A stretch of DNA of 64,000 nucleotides, taken from Eledone cirrhosa. Taxonomy: Eukaryota. Below, piece after piece: positions 42,040-57,599 of the stretch (position 1 is its first letter; each line of letters begins with the position of its first letter). The stretch spans positions 53,940,001 to 54,004,000 of the forward strand of contig OZ024741.1 of the NCBI GenBank assembly GCA_964016885.1, in the 5' to 3' direction. The notes under the pieces are model-generated. The model was not told the DNA's origin and searched no databases. It saw nothing but the letters and a program-made list of their open reading frames with translations. The position numbers and the translations under genes were made by a program.

Positions 42040-42565
42040 CTACACGGGGTAGATAAAATAAAGTACCAGTAATGCACTGCGATAATTGCTGGTCTTGTGC
42101 CAAAAGTAGCAACAATTATTTCTGCTGGTATGTCCTCGTGTCGGCATAACTTCTACTCTATGTATCTCCCAAATCTAGCATATTTTTTAATATACTTTTT
42201 TTTTACTAAGACTGGTTAACCACAGAAAATCTGCCTACTTCACGGCATAGAGTTACCGCCCTTTACGTTCTGAGTTCAAAACCCGCCGAAGTTAGCTTTC
42301 CATTTCATCCTTACGGGGTCGATAAAATAAAGTACCAGTCATGCACTGGAGTCGAGTTAATCGATTTTCCCCTCCCCCAAAATTGCTGGCCTTGCGCCTA
42401 TATCAGAAATCATTATTTATAGCATTGAGTTACACCCCTTTACGGTCTGAGTTCATATCCGCAGAGGTTAACTTTGCATTTCATCCTTACGGGGTCGATA
42501 AAATAAAGGACCAGTAATGTACTGAGATAATTGCTGGCCTTGTGCCAAAAGTAGAAACAATTATT
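42040..42565 (+). mobile_element. Cluster of three truncated SINE family 1 copies
   Basis: The GGGGT.GATAAAATAAAG.ACCAG core recurs at about 42045, 42315 and 42491. Confidence 0.8.
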
Positions 42566-44310
42566 TATGTCTTTTTGTTGTTTGTTTTGCATTGTTCTAT
42601 TCTATTGAAATGTCAACGTAATATGTGGGTTGTGTCTCAATTAGGATTTTATTTTATTTGTGATGTGTACGTGGATAAATGAGATACTCTACGATAATAT
42701 ATGTGCAGTGACATATAGTGTTATTTTTAATAATGTGCGGCAGTAAATTGTAGTGTGATTTATATATGTTGTATATATAAATATATATCGAATTGCATGT
42801 GAAGTGCCAATACTTCTATTTCCCTATGTTTTATATGATAAAGTCATGGTGTACACTATGTAATATGTGTTCAATGCTTATAGTGTCATCTTATGTGTGT
42901 TGGGTATGTGTATGAGGCCTGAGATGCTCTATGCAGTATGGGTGCAAACTTGCTGGTTCTATATTCTGTATATTGTGAAGATGTTTAAGTTCTGCTGGTT
43001 TTGGTTATGTATTAGCCTATATATTATTAACCTATATATTATTAATTCATACTCAAGATATTTATCATTATAGGGATAATTAGTGTGGTAGCGTTGAGTA
43101 AAATGATTGTGATATTTATTCCTGCTTTTTACATTCTGAGTTCAAACCCTGCCGAGATCAACTTTGCCTTTTACCGTTCTGGGGTTTATAAAATGAAATA
43201 CTAGTCAAATTCTGGGATTGATAAATTCGACTTTCCGGGTCCAACAGATTGCAGCTCCTTGTGCTTAGACAATGCATATAGATATAGTTTTTGGTTTCTC
43301 TCACTACATTTTATTTTCTTCTGTTTGCAGATATTTTTATTTGAATTAGCAGAATTGCTAGAGCATGAATGAATACCTTGGATTATTTAGTTTCCTTCGT
43401 TCACGTTCAGAATAAACTACATGATGGGATCACATAAGGTTTTCCATGTAAAGATATGCCGATAAAATAATTCCCAATCTAACGTAATCATCTGTTTCCT
43501 TTCGCCGAATTATTGCCACTGTTTTTCTATGTTAGAAATCATAAGTATTGCAAAGTAAACAGTGGCCATCTTTAAATCTACGGAAACGTCGGTAACACGG
43601 ATAGAGTTGACACTTCATATAAGCGAATGTAGATCACATAGCAGAACTGAGAGGGGATACTTGCCCAAAATATTCAAGATAATCCAGCATCTTTAAGATT
43701 CTCTTATATGTCCTAGCTCACTATCTACACTTTACGATATATATGTGTATGTGTGGAGGTCATATTGTTATAATATTGCCAGAAATATATAATGAAACAC
43801 ACTCACTATTTGTTTGGGGTTGGTTTTCGGTTCCGTATTTTTTATACCCCTATAGTCAATAAATTAACTGGCAATCAATGTTTACCATTGATGGACTAAC
43901 AGTTAAAAATATAGACACATATATATTTCCATTCTAAAAATGTTTATATCTCATTTTTTTAACACCTTATATTTTTAGTTGTTTTTTTTTCGCTCCGAAC
44001 AGCTGTGACTAAAAGAAATCATTACTATATCTTCATTGCCTGCTTTCGCTATTATACTTCGGTATCGAGCGCGAATTTCTATCTTGGGCATGTGAATTTT
44101 ATTTTTATTTTTTTTTTACTGTCTCGGAGTGCTATATTTTGAACGTTGTGTATATTTTTTTGTATATCTTGGACTTATGATTAAGTATATATATGCATCC
44201 TATTTCACCGTTCCAAATGCACGTATTACGGATAGAGTTTCTATTTTCAGCTCACACATAGCGCAACTCTATTTCTACACTCACACTCACACATACATAA
44301 AAGCACACAA

Positions 44311-44403
<93 letters not shown>

Positions 44404-44650
44404 TATACATGTATATATATGTATATATGTATATATATATTCATATAAATTATATATTTACAGATATCTATATATCTATATATATATGTATATATATTCA
44501 TATAAATATATATTTACAGATATATATATATATATATGAATATATATGTATGTATATATATATGTATATATGTATATATATATATTCATATAAATATATA
44601 TTTACAGATATATATATATATATGTATATATATTCATATAAATATATATT

Positions 44651-44688
<38 letters not shown>

Positions 44689-44961
44689 TGTATGTATATA
44701 TGTGTGTATATATATATATATACAGGTAAATATATATTTACATATTTATATATATATATATAAAGTCTGTCTGAAGCCATTTAGGGCTCATTTGGCCGGT
44801 GCTTATCCCGATTTCATCGCGTGAAGCGAGTGAGAGTACAAGACTCCCACCTGGACAGGACGCCAGTCCATTGCAGGGTTAAACCCCCAGCTAATGCTGA
44901 TACTCATTTTCAGCATAGTTTACTAGAGCAACTTGAAATGAAGTGTTTTGCTCGTGCCTCT

Positions 44962-45056
<95 letters not shown>

Positions 45057-45370
45057 TACAATGAATAAGCTTGGAGATATACATATACAAGTGCACCTCA
45101 GTACACCACGAAACATGGCATCTAAGGCCATCCCATCAGTTAAGTTACCATAAGCAATTAGACAATATATATATATACTTTATATACATTATAAAACTCT
45201 TTTTTAAAAGAATTGTCCCTCTGACTTTTTCAATAATGTCACTTTGACGAATCAAAGAAAGGAAAAAGAACCTTAAATATAGTTTCCGTGTTATTTCAAA
45301 TTTCAGAATTTCTCTATAACCAGCGTTTTGTGTAGAACCTTATTTCCCTTTTCAAATATATATATATATT

Positions 45371-45437
<67 letters not shown>

Positions 45438-45643
45438 TATATATATTGGGAGAGTTATCCATTTCCTTTAGTTATATATTGTTTTCTGCTGTGACTAATC
45501 AAATCGATCAGGAGACACATAAGTACATGGTGGGTGGTGTAGCAATATCTGGATATATGGTAGATAAGCCTTCATCTTTACGTCTGTGTAGATTGGCAAG
45601 GTTATAGAACTTGGTCATTGTCTAACACTTTCCGTGGGGATGT

Positions 45644-45760
45644 TTCTTCTTCTTCTTCTTCTTCTTCTTCTTCTTCTTCTTCTTCTTCTTCTTCTTCTTC
45701 TTCTTCTTCTTCTTCTTCTTCTTCTTCTTCTTCTTCTTCTTCTTCTTCTTCTTCTTCTTC
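45644..45760. repeat. (TTC)n microsatellite
   Basis: Seen directly. Confidence 0.95.
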
Positions 45761-48043
45761 AACAACAACAACTGCAACAACAACAGCCATAGCAACGACA
45801 ACAATTCTATTCTTTGGATTATTTTGCAAATAGATTTTTCCGAATGCGTGGACATTTACCTCAATATCTGAGGTAAACAAGAAGTTTGTTTACAAGTCTT
45901 ATATCGTGTGATCTATAGAAGGTGCTGTAGCAGTCGTCACTAACAAAATAAATTCCGAACACATGCAAGCGTATTAAAACAAGGAATAACAGAGTAAAAG
46001 AATAACAGAAAATGACAATGTTTCACTCCGGTTTTAGATGCCTGTGTCACTCTTTCAAAATTAGTACAACACAGTGATGCAGACAGAATGGAAAAAAAAC
46101 CTTGTCCCGGGGGATAGTGATGGAGAGGGCACTATGGAATAGCTATTCCAACTCGTGATGTGGGGGAAGATCGCTCCAGTGGGTAGCTAATTCTGCCATC
46201 GATGGTAGTGAGTAGGGAGATTGTCCGTAGGCAGACAACGTAGCAAGTCTCTTCTCATATAGCTTCGACCACAAAACTATCAGACAGACACTGATACTAC
46301 TAGAGCTTGTGATCTTTAGCTTGGCGAGCAGCAAATATTGGGTTAGACAATGGTAATTAAATGAACGTCTACATTTATAAATACAGATTGACAAAATTGA
46401 ATACCCGTAAATTTCTTAATTTTAATTGCGAAAAGAAAATTACTACGAACGACAATAATGTAGACGTGCAATATGTTAAAAATATATTACCACAAGTAAC
46501 GAGAAGATTCTAGATAGAGATGGAATCCTTTGAAAACTGTGGTGTTTCGCAAAAGAAAGTCCCTCTGCCTGAGGTGCATATTCAGAAATGGCTATTAACG
46601 AAATATTATATAGATTTCCATCATGAATATGGGATGGGAATTCCAAAAAAACAATTAAAGGAAGCCCTGGATGATGTGTGCCATGTTGTTGAGTTCATTG
46701 ATGGATGTAGTGCATATGGAAAAACAAGGTGACAAAACAAACCGAAGCCACGCTTCACATCCCTGTCTAGACGTTGGTGCCACAATACATAGGAAGATGA
46801 ATTACGTGAGTCTTAGTAAGTTACCTTGGTGCTGAAATTGTTTCCTGAAATATCGCCACCGAGATGAAATGGATGAAAGTTTCATGGGCATGCCTTTTCT
46901 GTTCACACCTGCAGGGTACATAACTATCTAAACGTTGTACTACACTGTGGGAGAAATACAACTAGTAACGCAAGGCTTATTAACCAGAGATAATGGTAAA
47001 ATAAACAGAAAGAAATATACCTAAGAACAATAAAAACAGCGATGACAACAGTGGATCCAAGAAACCACAGTTTCTAGAAGGCCACCAAGCACAACTCCAC
47101 GGACAGTGAAAGAAAAATTCCTTGTTCTCTGTGCGTGAAACTCTCAACCTGAGATACTCTCCAACGTCCTCAACTAGTATTAACTTCCCATCTGCCGGGA
47201 ATAATGTAAAAAAAAAACAACAAGAAAGATCACATCCATCGATGGTATTGAATGATGTTCAGAGGGTTTTGTGTAGCCAACAGTTTGCACACGGACAAGT
47301 TAAACGAATTGAATAAGGAAACAATATAGTGCGGATTATGAAGGAGGTTAACGTCGAATATGTAGGACATGAAAACAATAGAATACTAATAAGAACCACT
47401 CACGAAGTCTAGGAAAAGTTATATCTAAACTTTCAGGGACACGTGGTCACTTTCTGATACACTTCAACACAAATGTTGCCTATTCTGTCCTCTGGGACCA
47501 CGAGGCTACATGTTTCTGGTCTCCTAGACGCCAGAGATCTCTCCCCCATACTGTTCGAGTCGGTATCATTAGGGTAGTAATATCTAAGCCCATATCTGTT
47601 ATGTCCTACTTAAATACATTTAGTATGCCAATTTCAAACATATTTTAGCGAAGATTCTGGCAAGAAACACTGGATGATCCAGCTACGACAAAACAAACAC
47701 ATTCGATATTTGCACTACCGAGCTATAAGATGTTTTAACAGGGGTTGAATAGGAGGCCAGAGCAGAGAATGAGGTTAGGCCCTTCGGCATAGACCTTACG
47801 ATATAAGTGCGATGGCATTCTTCTTCTGCTATAAGTGAAGAATGAAGACTGAGAGAGGTGAACGTTTTCGTGAATTCATTTATAAGTACTTTTATTCAGT
47901 TCTGTTTCTTCTAAGTACAATATATAGTCTACATGAACATATATATACTAGTAACATATACGTATTTTGTGTGTGTGACTGTCTTCCTGTCAGTCTGCGT
48001 GAGTGTGTGTATGTGTATGTGTGTGTGTATCTGTGTATGTGTT

Positions 48044-48378
48044 GGACCGCGGTCGGTTCCGACGACAAGTGCTCCAGGTGTTTGATCAACGGACAGAGTA
48101 CTCGTAAAAATAAAGTCCAATTGACTGAGCATTCCACAGTCACGTGTACCCTCGGCGTACTTCTCAAAGAGTTTCGGCGTGACACAGAGCATGAAAAGAC
48201 TGGCCCTTTAAAGCTAGAGCTACAACTCATTTTTTTTGTTATTCTGCTGAGGTGATTGGAACAACGTGAAATAAATTGTTTTTACTGCAGGAGACACAAC
48301 ACCCTGCCCTGTCCAGGAATCCAACACACAACGTTACAATATTATAACGGAGCACCCTGTCCACTGAGCCACACGCCT
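48044..48378 (-). mobile_element. tRNA-SINE family 2, near full length, decayed
   Basis: The minus strand begins AGGCGTGTGGCTCAGTGG and is homologous to 37408-37650. Confidence 0.65.
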
Positions 48379-48747
48379 GTTAAAAGAAATAATTAATGAA
48401 CCCTTTGTAATGGAGCCTATAATTCACATGTAGTCAGGGCATATGACAAAATTTGCACCGATCTGGTGAGAAGTTGTGATAACAATACATCACACGAACA
48501 TTCGGATAAATTAGTTCTACGATAGCTTGTTGGGGTATATTGGGGTAGATCGGTGTTAATTGGGATGGATTGGTGTGGATAAGGGTCGATTTGAATAGAT
48601 TGTTAAGGTTCAAAATAGATGTGTTGCTGAAGTTTGACAAGAAGTGTCCGGTTTATTATCAATAGAAAACGAAATGTTCGATGCTGATATAATGACGTTG
48701 CACGTTATTCAATTATGATTACCATCATCACGGACAACGAATTTGTC

Positions 48748-48780
<33 letters not shown>

Positions 48781-48891
48781 TGTATGTATGTATGTATGTA
48801 TGTATGTATACATGTATGTATGTATGTATGTATGTATGTATGTATGTTTGTATGTATCTATGTATACATGTATGTATGTATATATGTATGT

Positions 48892-49650
48892 TCTTCTGGT
48901 TTTATAATTTCATAAATGTTTACCAATAGAGAGAGAGTTGGTTTCTAACATAGACACAAGACTCTCTCATTGGAATTTACACATCAACTAGGTACATATG
49001 TATGTATGCATGCATGTGTAGATATGGATGTTATTGTATGTGTGGATGTGGATGTTTTGAGTTGTATGTGTGCATGTGATTATGCTTTGTATCTGGACAT
49101 GTGTATATGCAGTTATTAGATGCAAAATGTTTGGAATGTTTTACATATTTTTACTGTTCCATTAATGGATTGTACTTGTAATTTCTTAACTAGTTGTGTT
49201 ATTCTGTTCCTGTGAAGCCTAGCTCCTCAAGATTTGTATTGAGGCAGTTACTAACATATCCCAGTGCCCCAATAATCACAGGCATAAATCTGAAGGTGTA
49301 ATCAGGGTGGAGTATGTGCAGATTTCTCATCAATTCTGCATAAATATTCTCCTTTTCACTAATCTTTGATATTATATTGGCATCTGCTGGGCACCTAATT
49401 TCCACTACTGTGCATGTTTTCTTCTCCCTGTCCCATATCATAATATCTGGTCTGTTATGCCTGCATTTTATTGGGGTTTTTGCTGGAACATTCCACCAGT
49501 CCTCTTTCATATTATGTACATGGATGTCTTCCACATTGTTGTAGCTTTTAATGTGTTTATTATCGGGGCTATCTTTTTTACGAACTTCATTTTACAGTGT
49601 TTTGGCGACTGCATAATGCCTCATAGGTAGATAGTACCGCGATAACATCT
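48892..49650 (-). mobile_element. 5'-truncated R4/Dong-like non-LTR element with restriction-like endonuclease
   Basis: Translation gives RYYLPMRH, WWNVP...HNRPDIMIWD...VVEIRCP...KENIY...PVIIGALG, a PD-(D/E)xK-type RLE. (CATA)n flanks both sides. Confidence 0.85.
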
Positions 49651-49937
49651 TTAAATATGTATGTATGTATGCATGTATTCATATATGTTTGTATATATAA
49701 ACGTATGTATATATGAGTCTATGCATGAATGGGTGAGAGGATGTAAGTTTTAAGTATGTAAACATATATATGTGTGTGTATGAGTGTGCCTGTGTGTAGG
49801 TATATAAATATATATATATATATTATATATTATATATATATTATTTTATTTATATATATATATATATAAATTTATATATATATATATATATATTTATATA
49901 TACCAATACATATATATACTATATATATATATGTATT

Positions 49938-50011
<74 letters not shown>

Positions 50012-50013
<2 letters not shown>

Positions 50014-50170
50014 GTAATAATAATAAATTTGAAGACTAAAATCGAAAGAGGGCTCGATAAGGATAAATATATATCAAATATATAAGAACCGTAGAGCAAA
50101 TATTTATTAAAATAACAGATTAAAGTTTAAGCAAAGAATCGCTGCTTTCGCCCTTAACGGGATCTTCTGA
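50012..50170 (-). mobile_element. PLE-like pseudo-LTR fragment, family C
   Basis: Same sequence and endpoints as 14660-14820. Confidence 0.65.
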
Positions 50171-50536
50171 AAACTAACAATACATATATATACTATATAT
50201 ATAGAGAGAGAAACATATGTGTAAGGGGGAGCATTATATAACTATCAACAGGGAAGAGAGACTTCAATAAAAAATAAATATAGAAACGTATTTGAGAGAT
50301 GAGAACGAAATTATATTTAGTGACGTATACTGTGTGTGAACATACGCGCACGCACATACACGTACATACACACACACATACATTTATATATGTTTATGTA
50401 TATATATATATATGTATGTGTGTGTATGTTTGTGTGTTTATTTGTGTTTGTGTGTGTGTGTGTGTGTATAAATATATATATATATATATGTGTGTGTGTA
50501 TATATATATGTGTGTATATATATATATATGTATATA

Positions 50537-50596
<60 letters not shown>

Positions 50597-50599
<3 letters not shown>

Positions 50600-50791
50600 G
50601 AAAAAGTAAGACCCCAACGGCAGAGCTCAAGCCGTTTCGACGGCTATTTCAGTCCAGAAATACCCGTCGAAACAGTTTCAGCTCTGCCGTCGGTGTCATA
50701 CTTTTTTCCTATTTCTAACTCTACTACCCTAAGTATTGAGTACTCTGGTGCGTTATCGTCCATCTGGTTCCTTACCACAATTCCTTTGTTA
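50597..50791. mobile_element. Family D pseudo-LTR fold-back
   Basis: Inversion centre GGCTATTTC|AGTCCAGAAATA at ~50650. Confidence 0.75.
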
Positions 50792-50861
50792 TATATAAAT
50801 ATATATATATGTATTTATATATATATATATATATGTATACATATATATATGTATACATAAA

Positions 50862-50930
<69 letters not shown>

Positions 50931-50937
50931 ACATATA

Positions 50938-51000
<63 letters not shown>

Positions 51001-51003
<3 letters not shown>

Positions 51004-51150
51004 ACGGGTAAAATACCCGAGATCCATGGACGAGTTCTCTCCAGCGGTCGGTCTCTGTCACTCATTACCGCTGCCATGTCCTGCCCCTCCAACAGACCAG
51101 TATCTGTCCTTAGGGCATCAACATACGTTAACCTTGGTCTTCCTCTTCTA

Positions 51151-51153
<3 letters not shown>
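51001..51153 (-). mobile_element. RTE-clade LINE extreme 3' fragment
   Basis: [19 protein letters not shown]...[10 protein letters not shown](W)RELV. Confidence 0.75.
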
Positions 51154-51201
<48 letters not shown>

Positions 51202-51253
51202 CGTGGAATGTCCAAAAGAAAACAGGACGAAAGAACAATAGAGGAGTATAAGG

Positions 51254-51329
<76 letters not shown>

Positions 51330-51625
51330 GGGGGGGGGTATATTTCGTATGTGGAACCAAAGATAGTTATACTTTGCTGACCCTCCGAACGTATAACAAC
51401 ATATACACATATACATACATATATATATACATACACACATTATATATACATATACATACACACATATATATATAAATGAACACGTTATATATACATAATA
51501 TATATATATAGATATATATATGTATATATATATATATATATATATACATATATATATCTATATATATATATATTATGTATATATAATGTGTGCATGTGTG
51601 TCTGTCTATGTACTTATATATAATT

Positions 51626-51667
<42 letters not shown>

Positions 51668-52009
51668 GCATATATGGATATACGTTTCCTTATATGAATG
51701 TATGTATATATGTGTTCATGCGTGGATGAATCGATGGATGATATATATATATATATATATTTACCTATTTATTTATATAATGAGAGAAAGAGAGAGTGAT
51801 GTAAATAGATAGATATATAGACAGATGGATTGATAGATATATAGATGTTTATAGATAGATAGATATATTACATGTTGAAATATATACTCTAATTTAAAAA
51901 TGTAAACATATACACAGAAAAATGTATACACACAACCTCACTCATACACATTGATGCATACATATATACACAAACCTATAAATATATATATATATGTATA
52001 TATATATAA

Positions 52010-52042
<33 letters not shown>

Positions 52043-52122
52043 CATATATATACATATATACGATATTATAAATAGAACTTTTACATATACATATATATAT
52101 ATATATATATACATATATATAC

Positions 52123-52194
<72 letters not shown>

Positions 52195-52505
52195 CAACTT
52201 ACAAACACATATATACATACATACATATATATATACAAATATACGAACATACACAAACTTGTGTATCTATGTAACCTGTCTGTCTTTTCCATCATGCTCT
52301 CTCTATCTCTTCACACATATTTTTTGCATGTATGTATTTAAGTATATATATACATATATATATATATAACAACAAAGAGGGTATGGTAAGATAGCAGCTG
52401 GACTATAACTCACCAGAGTACTCGGATCTAGCTGTCTAATCGGCCGGAGCTCACCCATCGGGATCCTGAATCTTTTTATGTTTACACATACACATATATA
52501 TATAA

Positions 52506-52614
<109 letters not shown>

Positions 52615-53061
52615 CGTGTGCGTGTTTTTGTGTGTTTGTGTGTCTGAATGTATAAGTATATTTATATACGCATGCATGTATACATATTTGCGTAGATGAA
52701 CGTATGAATGAGGTGTTTGTTGTGTATATGTTCTCACATGAACTGTACAGCTGGATCCTGTTAAAAAGGTGCAACAGGTTGAAAAACGAAGGTATTAGCT
52801 ATGTAAAATACATTAACTTACGTGACTATGTGTCTACATCTAAATTCCAATTTTCCTGTCAGTCCGTTTCATTTTATATCACTTTATGTTATCTACATAT
52901 CCATCTGTCTATCTATCTATCTATCTAGATAACTATCTATTTATCTATCTCTAGTTTATTGTTATTTATTAATGTTAAAGTTATTTTTATGTAAAACCCC
53001 CACCGTCACGTCTTGTAATGTCCCATTTGTGTACGCCCCTCTGGCAAATAAAGAAAGATAT

Positions 53062-53112
<51 letters not shown>

Positions 53113-53334
53113 ACTATCTATCTATTTATCTATCTATCTAACTATTTATATTATTCTCTCTCACTCTCTCACTCTCTCTCTATATATATATATCTCTCTC
53201 TCTCTGTCTATATATATATAGTAATAATAATAATAAATAAATAATAATAGTAAATTCAGAAGATCCCGTTAAGGGTTAAAGCAGCGATCCTTTGCTTAAA
53301 CTTTAATCTGTTATTTTAATAAATATATATATAC

Positions 53335-53446
<112 letters not shown>

Positions 53447-53552
53447 TTATGTATAGCAGGTAATGTTGTAGAAGTTGTCGTGCGTTCGATGCCATGGAAC
53501 ACCTCGTTAGAACCTTTCGGACCGAGGACACTTTATGTTTATGTAAATCTGA

Positions 53553-53642
<90 letters not shown>

Positions 53643-53660
53643 GTATATATAGTATGTATA

Positions 53661-53745
<85 letters not shown>

Positions 53746-54082
53746 CGTAAAATGATGATGATGATGATATATCCATTAATATGCGTGTATATAATCAAGG
53801 AAGATGTAACATTACGTAGCCAGAAAGAAAAAATTATTTCCATACGATGACAATATATCATAATGTGTGTATAATAAGCATGAATGTATATATCCGAGTG
53901 TGTGTATGTATGTATGTATGTATGTATGTATGTATGTATGTATGTATGTATGTATGTATGTATGTATGTATGTATGTATGTATGTATGCATGCATGCATG
54001 CATGTATGAATTAATGTATGTATGTATATATGTATATATGTAAGTATGTGCAAGTTTGTATGCTTGTATTTATGTATGTATT

Positions 54083-54142
<60 letters not shown>

Positions 54143-54858
54143 CATATGTTTCTGTCTACTTGCCTTGCAAACCGCACTAAATTAATTGGGAGCGTAAAAC
54201 AAGAAAAGTTTTGTTATTTTTTTTATTAAATCAGATCAATCAAGGTTTATTTTAACCACACAATCAATACAGCGCTTTGCTCCAGCTTGGTCATGATACT
54301 TGTGAATTGCTAAAACAAGGTAGAGCTGTAATAACAATAATGATGATGACAATAATAATAATAACAATAATAATAATAGAAGAAGAAGGAGAAGAAGAGG
54401 AAGAAGAAGAAGAAGAACAACAACAACAAACCAACAACAACAACAAGTAGAAAAAGAAGAAGAAAACTACATACCTTGTGTGTCTGTTGTTGATTTAGCA
54501 AATTCCGCTTCCGTGATCGTTTAAAACGTGTTGTGAGAAATATATTTCATATTATGAAGAAGACACAGTGTGCCTCTGCAAGCAGGTGTGTGCGTGTGCG
54601 TGTGTGTGTGCGAGTGAGCGTTTGTGTGGGAAAGAGAGAGAGAGAGAGAAAGAGGGAGGTAGCGATAGTGTGTGCGTACACATGTGTGTGTGAGTATCTG
54701 CTTGTGTGTCTATGTAAATGTGTGTCTGTGTACATGACTGTGTATTTGTGTGTGTGTATATGTGTGGGAACGGTGACGTATTTCTGTAGGAAGAAGCATT
54801 TAACATACCGTGTAAAAGATGGTTCTGTGAATGATGTAAGTGACCGAAATTTATATAT

Positions 54859-54912
<54 letters not shown>

Positions 54913-55015
54913 GTTTACATTATATATCTGGTGATTCTATAGACATGTTTTATGATATATATATTATATATGTATATATATGTATATATATATGCATATA
55001 TATATATGTGTATAT

Positions 55016-55081
<66 letters not shown>

Positions 55082-55810
55082 GTGTGCGTGTGTGTGCGTG
55101 TGTGTGTGTGCGCGCGTCTGTTTTCTTTTATCTTTTATAAATTAGCCAGAGGACTGTGAGGCAGGACTATGCTTCTGACCATTTTCAGAGTTAACAAAAC
55201 GGAAGGTTGGGAAGAAGTTATCCTGAGACTGGAGAACTGGCCCGAATGCTTGCAACAGTGCTGATTCCGCCAACCAAACCCCACGGCCAGATGGTTGGGA
55301 TACCTCTAGGTGTAATACATTTATGCCTGTCTATATAAATATATATGTGTGCGTGTTTGTCTGTGTATCTGAGTGCTGAGTGTGTGTGCGCGTGTGTGCG
55401 CGCGTGTGTGTGTACGCGTGTGTGCGTGAGTGTGTGTATATGTAACTACGGCCTTTTATTCTCGAAAGTATGTGCGTGTATATCAGTAAAAGTTTACGTG
55501 TATGAGCGCGTATGTATAAGTTAGAATAGTTGTATATCTTTCTTTCTGTCTCTATCTCTATGTATATATATATATATATATAAATATATATGCATATATA
55601 TGCATATATATATTATATATATATACACGCACACACACACATATATATATAATGTATGTGTATATGTGTGTATGCGTTGGTGTATTTACATGTCCGTATA
55701 TCGACGAAATCGTGTCAGTTAAGTCCGTCTCTCTGTGTTTACATTCTTACATACAAATCACGAATACAGACACACAGACACAGCCTCTCTCTCACATACA
55801 TACACACAGA

Positions 55811-55847
<37 letters not shown>

Positions 55848-56086
55848 CAACATAAAAACATCTATGAGTGTGCGTGTGTTTTATTCTGTATGTGTTCATG
55901 GCGTCCCATTCATATGTACACCTGTGTTGTATGTCTGTGTAATGTTTGCGAAATTACGTTCAAAGTTTACATGTCTATACAAAACCATACACATACACCC
56001 GTGTATGAATGTATATGTGTTAGTGTGTATGAATCTGTACGTGTATGTTTATGTTCGAATAAGCGTTGTCGTACCGTAAATATTCT

Positions 56087-56119
<33 letters not shown>

Positions 56120-56122
<3 letters not shown>

Positions 56123-56179
56123 AGAAAGTATTACCCCGACGGCAGAGCTCAAGCCATTTCGACGGCTATTTCTGGACTA
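56120..56179 (-). mobile_element. Family D fragment ending at the same breakpoint
   Basis: Ends ...TTTCGACGGCTATTTCTGGACTA. Confidence 0.7.
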
Positions 56180-56330
56180 AAGTGTATGTATATATATATA
56201 TATATATATATGCGTGTGTGTGGTGTGTTCGCGTTCACTTAGACGTTATATATATGTTTGTGTGTGTGTGTCTATACTGGCGTCACGGTTCACGTACGAA
56301 CATCAGAGATGCCTGTTACATCTGCATTGT

Positions 56331-56402
<72 letters not shown>

Positions 56403-56522
56403 TGATGTTGGAGGAGGCGGAGTTGGGTGCTGTTTATGATATTGATGCTGATGATGTAGAAACGGTAACATCAATACAGAGTACACAGAACAGGAACAGC
56501 CAGTTGCAGTTTTGCCACTTAC

Positions 56523-57483
56523 GTCGACTGTATGTTTTCTGGCAGTGGTGGTATTGGTGTTGGTGTTGTTGGTGGTGTTGGTGGTGGTGGTGGTGGTGGT
56601 GGTGGTTGTGGTGGTGGTGTTGTTGGTGGTGGTGGTGTTGGTGGTGTTGGTGGTGGTGTTGGTGGTGGTAGTGGTGTTGGTGGTGTTGGTGGTGGTGTGG
56701 TGGTGTTGGTAGTGGTGGTGGTGGTGGCGGTGGTGGTGGCGGTGGTGGTCTTAGTGGTGGTGGTGGTGGTGTTGATGGTGGTGTTAGTGGTGTTGGTGGT
56801 GGTGTTGGTGGTGCTGGCGGTGCTGGTGGTGACAGTGGTGATGTTGGTGGTGTTGGCTGTGGTGTTGGTGGTGGTGGTGGTGGTGGCGGTGGTGGTGGCG
56901 GTGGTGGTGATGTCGGTGGTGGTGTTGTTGGTGGTGGTGTTGGTGGTGTTGGTAGTGGTGTTGTTGATGGTGTTGGTAGTGACGGTGTTGGTGTTGTTGG
57001 TGGTGTTGGTGGTGTTGGTGGTGGTGTTGGTAGTGGTGTCGGTGGTGGTGTTGGTAGTATTGGTCCTGGTGTCGGTAGTGTTGGAGGTGGTGTTGGTGGT
57101 GGTGTTGGTCGTGTTGGTGGTGTTGGTGATTGTGTTGATGGTGTTGGATATTGCTGGGAGAGGTGATGTTTGCATTGGTTGTGGTTGTGCTGCTGTTGGT
57201 AATGGTTCTGTTGTTGATCTTGGTGGTGGTAGTTGTGATGTTGGTGTTGGACTTGGTGATGTTGGTGGTCTTGAGGGAGGTGGCTGTGGTGTTGGTGGTG
57301 GTGGTGGTCGTCGTGGCGGTGGAGGTGGTGGTGGTGGTGGTGGTGGTGGTGGTGGTGGTGGTGGTGGTGGTGGTTTTGATGATGTTGGTAGGGTTTTTGC
57401 ATTTGATGTGGTGGTGCTACTCTTGTTAATGGTGATGATGGTGGTGATTGAAGCTGTGGTCGGGGCTGCAGTTGTACTCCAAC
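56523..57483 (-). CDS. Candidate internal exon encoding a Pro/Thr-rich (mucin-like) segment
   Basis: On the minus strand the acceptor is TTATTCTTTAG|G at 57483 and the donor is AC|GTAAGT at 56523. The frame is open: WSTTAAPTTASITT...PPPP...PIPPLPENIQS. The sequence is low complexity, so the call is uncertain. Confidence 0.4.
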
Positions 57484-57599
57484 CTAAAGAATAACACCAA
57501 GAGCAACAACAATAACAACTACAACAATCTGTAGAAATAACAAAATTAGCAACAACAACATTAATAGCAACAATAAAAAAACCACATCAGCAAGAGCAG

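Noticed and set aside
46080-47800. Decayed coding-like region (also 38050-38750)
   Set aside because: No protein motif could be recognised by eye. BLASTX would be needed.
54470-54845. Micro-exons (CAG|ACACACAAG|GTATGT; CAG|AACCATCTTTTACACG|GTATGT on the minus strand; also ~45860)
   Set aside because: Such short splice-like matches arise by chance, and one overlaps an equally good plus-strand candidate. RNA data are needed.
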